DNA of 64,000 bases from Bdellovibrionales bacterium (lineage in GTDB: Bacteria > Bdellovibrionota > Bdellovibrionia > Bdellovibrionales > CAYMLA01), in the NCBI GenBank assembly GCA_965217115.1, contig OZ244239.1:1088001-1152000 (forward strand), in the 5' to 3' direction. The notes beneath the pieces are model-generated. The model saw only the letters and a list, made by a program, of their open reading frames with translations, was not told the origin of the DNA and did not search any database. Below, piece after piece: positions 59,787 through 64,000 of this stretch. Position 1 is the first letter of the stretch, and each line of letters opens with the position of its first letter. Made by a program: the position numbers and the translations under genes.

Positions 59787-61004
59787 ATGGACAAAAATTC
59801 TACGTCGGTCGTAAAAAAACCGCCACTTTTATGCGGTAACATCATCCCTCTCTTTATCGATTCCCTTGCCACTGGAGGGTCTGGTGTTGGTCGCTATGAA
59901 GGTTTTGTTGTCTTTACGCCCTTTACCTGTCCTGGAGACGAAGCTTTAGTTCGTATTGTTTTAGTAAAAAAAAGCTTCGCCGAAGCTGAGCTTGTTAACC
60001 TTCAAAAACCAAGTCCCGAAAGGATTCAGCCTCCATGCTCTGTTTTTGGACAATGTGGTGGCTGCACTTGGCAACACGTCTCTTATTCAGAGCAGTTAAA
60101 ACAAAAAAAACTCATTCTAGAATCTACTTTTAGAAAAAAACCTCTCTTAAACGAGGTTGCCATAAGAGATGTCATTCCCAGCCCTCAAGAATTTGAGTAT
60201 CGCAATCGCATACAGCTTAAAATAGATCACAACGGTCGTTATGGCTTCTATCGCAGGAAGTCCCATGATATTATTGAAATTAAAAACTGTCCCATCTCTG
60301 ATCCTCTCTTATTTAAAGATTTAGAAAAAAAAATCTCCTCGATGCATCTTGTACCCTCACCCCTGTCCTCCTCAGACCAAGCTTCACATAGAGAAATTGA
60401 AGTTTATTCTTCTCAAAAAGAACAGGTAAAGTATAAAACAATTCAATCTCAATCTGATTCTCTAGAAGAAGGCTTCTCTCAAGTTAATCAACCCATCAAT
60501 CAAATTCTTATTCAAGATGTGTTAAAAACTTTAAAAAAAATCCCCTCTTCTAAAAAAACGATCTATGATCTTTACTGTGGCCATGGTAACTTTACCTTTC
60601 CAATAAAAAATGTCCTCAATCCCCAAAAGACCCTCGGTATTGAGCTAAATCCAACATCCATAGGAATAGCGACAGATCGTGTTCAAAAAGAGAGCCTCTC
60701 CCATATTCATTTTATCAACCAAGATGTAAAAAGGTTTTTAAAACACTGCACCTCTCTGGAAGGCCCTGTTCTTCTCGATCCTCCCCGAGTTGGCTGTGAT
60801 AAAGAGATTCTCTCCTCCCTAAGAAAGCTGAATCCTCCCGTCATTCTGTATATCAGTTGCAATCCACAGACTCTGGCTCGGGATCTTGAAATTTTAATGG
60901 GAAACAAACCTCTTTATCGAGTTCAAACCCTCCAACCCTACGATATGTTTCCTCAAACAGATCATGTAGAAACTTTAGCCCTTCTTATATCAGAAGCTAT
61001 TTGA
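59787..61004 (+). CDS. rlmD: TRAM-domain 23S rRNA m5U methyltransferase (RlmD/TrmA family)
   Basis: TRAM domain, C..FGQCGGC, YRNR, DLYCG, LDPPR, YISCNPQTLARD, DMFPQTDHVE. Confidence 0.85.
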   Translation: MDKNSTSVVKKPPLLCGNIIPLFIDSLATGGSGVGRYEGFVVFTPFTCPGDEALVRIVLVKKSFAEAELVNLQKPSPERIQPPCSVFGQCGGCTWQHVSYSEQLKQKKLILESTFRKKPLLNEVAIRDVIPSPQEFEYRNRIQLKIDHNGRYGFYRRKSHDIIEIKNCPISDPLLFKDLEKKISSMHLVPSPLSSSDQASHREIEVYSSQKEQVKYKTIQSQSDSLEEGFSQVNQPINQILIQDVLKTLKKIPSSKKTIYDLYCGHGNFTFPIKNVLNPQKTLGIELNPTSIGIATDRVQKESLSHIHFINQDVKRFLKHCTSLEGPVLLDPPRVGCDKEILSSLRKLNPPVILYISCNPQTLARDLEILMGNKPLYRVQTLQPYDMFPQTDHVETLALLISEAI

Positions 61005-61044
61005 AAATTTGCCAGCTATTGCCATATCTGCTAGTCTGTGAATT

Positions 61045-61800
61045 ATGTTACGCAAGACGTCACTCGTTATTTTAATCTCCTGCTCTTTATTTTCTTGTAG
61101 CTCTACAGAGAAAAAAAAACGCCTTAGAGCTGCTGAGTTGCATTTACAATTAGGCATTTCTTATATTAATCAGCAAAATTACCCCACTGCCCTCAAAGAG
61201 CTCTTAAGATCAAAGAAACTCGATCCACACAACTCTGTCATTCAAAATAATCTGGGTCTTATCTATTTTCTTATGAAGCGATACTCCCTTTCAAGAAATC
61301 ATCTACAAAGGGCCGTTAATCTCTCCCCTAAATACACAGAAGCAAGAAATAACCTTGGACGAGTGCTTATTGAAATCAAGAAATACCCTCTCGCAAAAAA
61401 ACACTTACTCATTGCTCAAAAAGACCTCACCTATCCTTATCCTGAAAAAAATTGGATTAACTTAGGCTTATTAGAGTTTCAGCAAAAAAACTTCTACCAA
61501 GCAAAAAAATTATTTCTAAAATCTATTAAAGTTAAACGAAAAAGCTGTCTTGGACACTACATGTATGGGCGCAGTCTATACGAGCTAAAAAAATATCCTC
61601 TGTCTGCAATCTCTCTAGATAAGGCTATTAAAATTTGCAAGAGTGTGTCTTTTCCAGAACCTTATTATTATAGCGCATTAAGCTACTATAACAGTAACCT
61701 ACGTCTAAAAGCAAAAAATCGTTTTAAAGAACTTTTAAAGTATTTTCCAGAAAGTTCTTTCTCTAAATCAGCAAAGAAATTTGTGTTTACAGTTAATTAA
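61045..61800 (+). CDS. TPR lipoprotein, PilF/PilW/Tgl-like secretin pilotin
   Basis: Lipobox LFSC; multiple TPRs (NNLG...), DLTYPYPE; precedes rodZ. Confidence 0.8.
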   Translation: MLRKTSLVILISCSLFSCSSTEKKKRLRAAELHLQLGISYINQQNYPTALKELLRSKKLDPHNSVIQNNLGLIYFLMKRYSLSRNHLQRAVNLSPKYTEARNNLGRVLIEIKKYPLAKKHLLIAQKDLTYPYPEKNWINLGLLEFQQKNFYQAKKLFLKSIKVKRKSCLGHYMYGRSLYELKKYPLSAISLDKAIKICKSVSFPEPYYYSALSYYNSNLRLKAKNRFKELLKYFPESSFSKSAKKFVFTVN

Positions 61801-61808
61801 GGTATAAA

Positions 61809-62633
61809 ATGAAAAAAATAGGGTTTATTCTTAAAAAAGCACGAGAAGAACAAGGTATCTCTATTCATCAAGTTCACTTGGCTTTGAAAATTGGTTCTAA
61901 AACCATACAAGACATTGAAGAAGGAATTCTCAATGATTTACCGCAAAAGTCTTTTTTACGGGGATTTGTTCAATCCTATGCAAAATTTCTGCACTTAGAC
62001 ATTAAAGAAACCATGGATATCTACCAATCAGAAATGGGCTCCTCTCACCCTTTTCTTGTCATTAATTCCCCTGCCTACGAAGAGGAAAATCTTGATAAAG
62101 ATAGCGACGACCTTCACCTCACAAATTCAGAAAATAAAGAACTCAGTTGGTTGCTCTTAGGAGAATGGTCTCTGGCCGTAAAAACCATCACAATAACTGG
62201 TATCTTATTTGTCATCTTAGCTATATGGATTGTCCAAAAACAAATAAAAAAATATTCGAAAGATGGCCATGTCGATACAGTTAAAGTTCAAAAAATTCTT
62301 TCTGAACAGACCAAGAGTGAACCCTTCAGCATAATCTCTCCGAGTGCAACAACAGAAACCATTGCTCCTGTCAAAAAGATCTCTAAAAAAGTTCTCTCTG
62401 TACAACAAGAAATTATTCTTGAAGCCTTGGACAACCTAACTATTCGTTTCAGTATAGGAGGGCAAGCTAATAAAATTATTCATTTAAAGGCCGATCAATT
62501 CTATACAATCCGCAGTAAAAAAGAAATCCGTATTAACTTCTCTGACGGAGGTGTTGTTTTCGTCATGCATAATGGTAAAGACTTAGGGGTTCCTGGACAA
62601 CTTGGAAAATCTGCAACTAAGAAATATCGCTAG
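61809..62633 (+). CDS. rodZ: RodZ-like HTH membrane protein
   Basis: IGFILKKAREEQGIS...IEEG...FLRGFVQSYAKFL, one TM, C-terminal NGKDLG domain. Confidence 0.85.
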   Translation: MKKIGFILKKAREEQGISIHQVHLALKIGSKTIQDIEEGILNDLPQKSFLRGFVQSYAKFLHLDIKETMDIYQSEMGSSHPFLVINSPAYEEENLDKDSDDLHLTNSENKELSWLLLGEWSLAVKTITITGILFVILAIWIVQKQIKKYSKDGHVDTVKVQKILSEQTKSEPFSIISPSATTETIAPVKKISKKVLSVQQEIILEALDNLTIRFSIGGQANKIIHLKADQFYTIRSKKEIRINFSDGGVVFVMHNGKDLGVPGQLGKSATKKYR

Positions 62634-62651
62634 TTTAACGCGAGAGATCTC

Positions 62652-63869
62652 ATGAAAGCTATTATAACTCTTATTATTTTTGTCTCTATTTATGCTGGCT
62701 ACGGAGTCTACGTCAGTCATTTTTCTTTAAGTATCATGCCGACAGGATTACAGCCTTCCCATCCTCCTCAATTCTATGATTATAAAGGAATCACAAATGT
62801 TCACTCAAAACACAGCAATGGCAGTGGATCCTACCTTGAAATTATCTCTGCAGCTACAAAGGAAAACTTTGATTTTCTATTCTTTACAGATATAAACTCA
62901 TTCAAATCTAGAAATAAAATAACAGGCTATCAAAACCGTCTTCTTGTTTTTACAGGTGGTGAATATAGTTATTTAAATTCCCACCTTTTACAATATAAAG
63001 CACACAGTAATTTAAACCATAAAAGTCGATCAGAAGCTCAACTCTACTTTACAGATTTCTTATCCCAAAAGCGTTCGTCACACACGAAAACCTTTGTTGC
63101 TCTCGCCCACCCACTTAAAAAGGGTTATCAGTGGCTTGGAGATTACCCCACTTCTCTTGAGGGAATCGAAGTCATTAATCTTGACAGTGTTTGGGAAGCC
63201 TCTCTCTCAAAATCAAAAACATCCTTTATCTTTAGTCTTTTTACTTATTTTTTTAATCCAAGACACTCTCTTATTAGACTTTACTCTGAGCCTAAAAAAG
63301 AGCTTTCTCTCTGGGATCAGCTTAATCAAAAACAAAAAACAGTGGGGCTTGCAGGGCACAACACAACATCAAAGGCAACTCTCTGGGAAGGTTTCAGAAT
63401 CCCTTTTCCTTCTTATCAAAGTTCTTTTTCTTTTATTTCTAATCACGTTATTTTAAGATCAGAGTTAACTGGGCTTGTTGAAAAAGATCAAAAGAAAATT
63501 TTTCATGCCCTAAAAAAAGGAAATCTTTACTTTAGTTTAGATTTTTTAGAAAACCCAAAAGGTTTCATTACCTATGCCGTTCAAAATGGCCAAAAATATC
63601 TTATGGGAAGCAGCTTGAACAGCTCCTCTAGAAAAAAAATCAAAATTTTCGCTCATCTCCCTCAAAAACCCAATGTTCCCTTTGAGGTTGTTCTTTTTAA
63701 AAATGGACAACGCTACAAATCTCTCAAAAAACAACACGCCTCTTTCTCTATAACTCAACCAGGGGTTTATCGAATCACTGTGCGAGTCATACCTACATTT
63801 CCCCTGCCAGATAGCAGGCGTTGGATCACTTGGATTTATTCCAACCCCTTCTATATTAAGGAATCATAA
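62652..63869 (+). CDS. PHP-fold protein (CehA/McbA-like), degenerate metal ligands
   Basis: NVHSKHSNG, FTDIN, GEYS, AHP, EVIN, ALKKGNLYFS, WIYSNPFYI. Confidence 0.65.
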   Translation: MKAIITLIIFVSIYAGYGVYVSHFSLSIMPTGLQPSHPPQFYDYKGITNVHSKHSNGSGSYLEIISAATKENFDFLFFTDINSFKSRNKITGYQNRLLVFTGGEYSYLNSHLLQYKAHSNLNHKSRSEAQLYFTDFLSQKRSSHTKTFVALAHPLKKGYQWLGDYPTSLEGIEVINLDSVWEASLSKSKTSFIFSLFTYFFNPRHSLIRLYSEPKKELSLWDQLNQKQKTVGLAGHNTTSKATLWEGFRIPFPSYQSSFSFISNHVILRSELTGLVEKDQKKIFHALKKGNLYFSLDFLENPKGFITYAVQNGQKYLMGSSLNSSSRKKIKIFAHLPQKPNVPFEVVLFKNGQRYKSLKKQHASFSITQPGVYRITVRVIPTFPLPDSRRWITWIYSNPFYIKES

Positions 63870-64000
63870 TCTCCATGCTTCCCTCAACTTCCAGCTGACA
63901 AGCTAGGCGCTCCTTCTCTTCAAAGCCCCTATCAACCGCCATCTCTCTCTCAACATCAGTTCGCTCAGACAGAACAGTTGAGCTTTTTTCGACAATAACT
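63856..64000 (-). CDS. 2Fe-2S ferredoxin-like protein (5' part outside window)
   Basis: My translation ...DRGFEEKERLACQLEVEGSMEIMIP*; RLACQ motif. Confidence 0.75.
   Translation of the reverse strand, partial: VIVEKSSTVLSERTDVEREMAVDRGFEEKERLACQLEVEGSMEIMIP

Overview
A gene-dense, low-GC chromosomal segment. Gene content (PilF/Tgl-RodZ, orphan TadB/TadC, many secreted Cys/Gly-rich orphans, sigma28- and sigma54-type promoters) best fits a predatory Bdellovibrionota bacterium; this is an inference. Housekeeping genes: thiamine-type ABC transporter, ddl, gltA, pepP, ispA-xseB-xseA, PBP1A-uvrA-MsbA-like ABC, AmgK/MurU/AnmK peptidoglycan recycling, typA, dusB, tRNA-Phe(GAA), metB-like lyase, uppP, sucCD-icd, and ndk-rlmD-pilF-rodZ. 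A probable 6S RNA lies at ~13.9 kb. No transposase, integrase, prophage, rRNA or CRISPR array was recognised. Main leads: (1) a putative cascade in which a sigma28-type promoter drives a sigma54 activator, followed by a degenerate AAA+ paralogue, with sigma54 promoters and shared GTCTCA-N3-TGAGAC-like palindromes ahead of large secreted orphans; (2) a three-gene envelope cassette (1144-aa kinase-like/beta-rich protein, 1123-aa subtilase, lipoprotein) between icd and ndk; (3) a sigma28-driven pentapeptide-repeat histone H1/Hc2-like protein; (4) several apparent pseudo-enzymes; (5) several apparently leaderless transcripts. All calls are by-eye motif recognition; no database searches were run.
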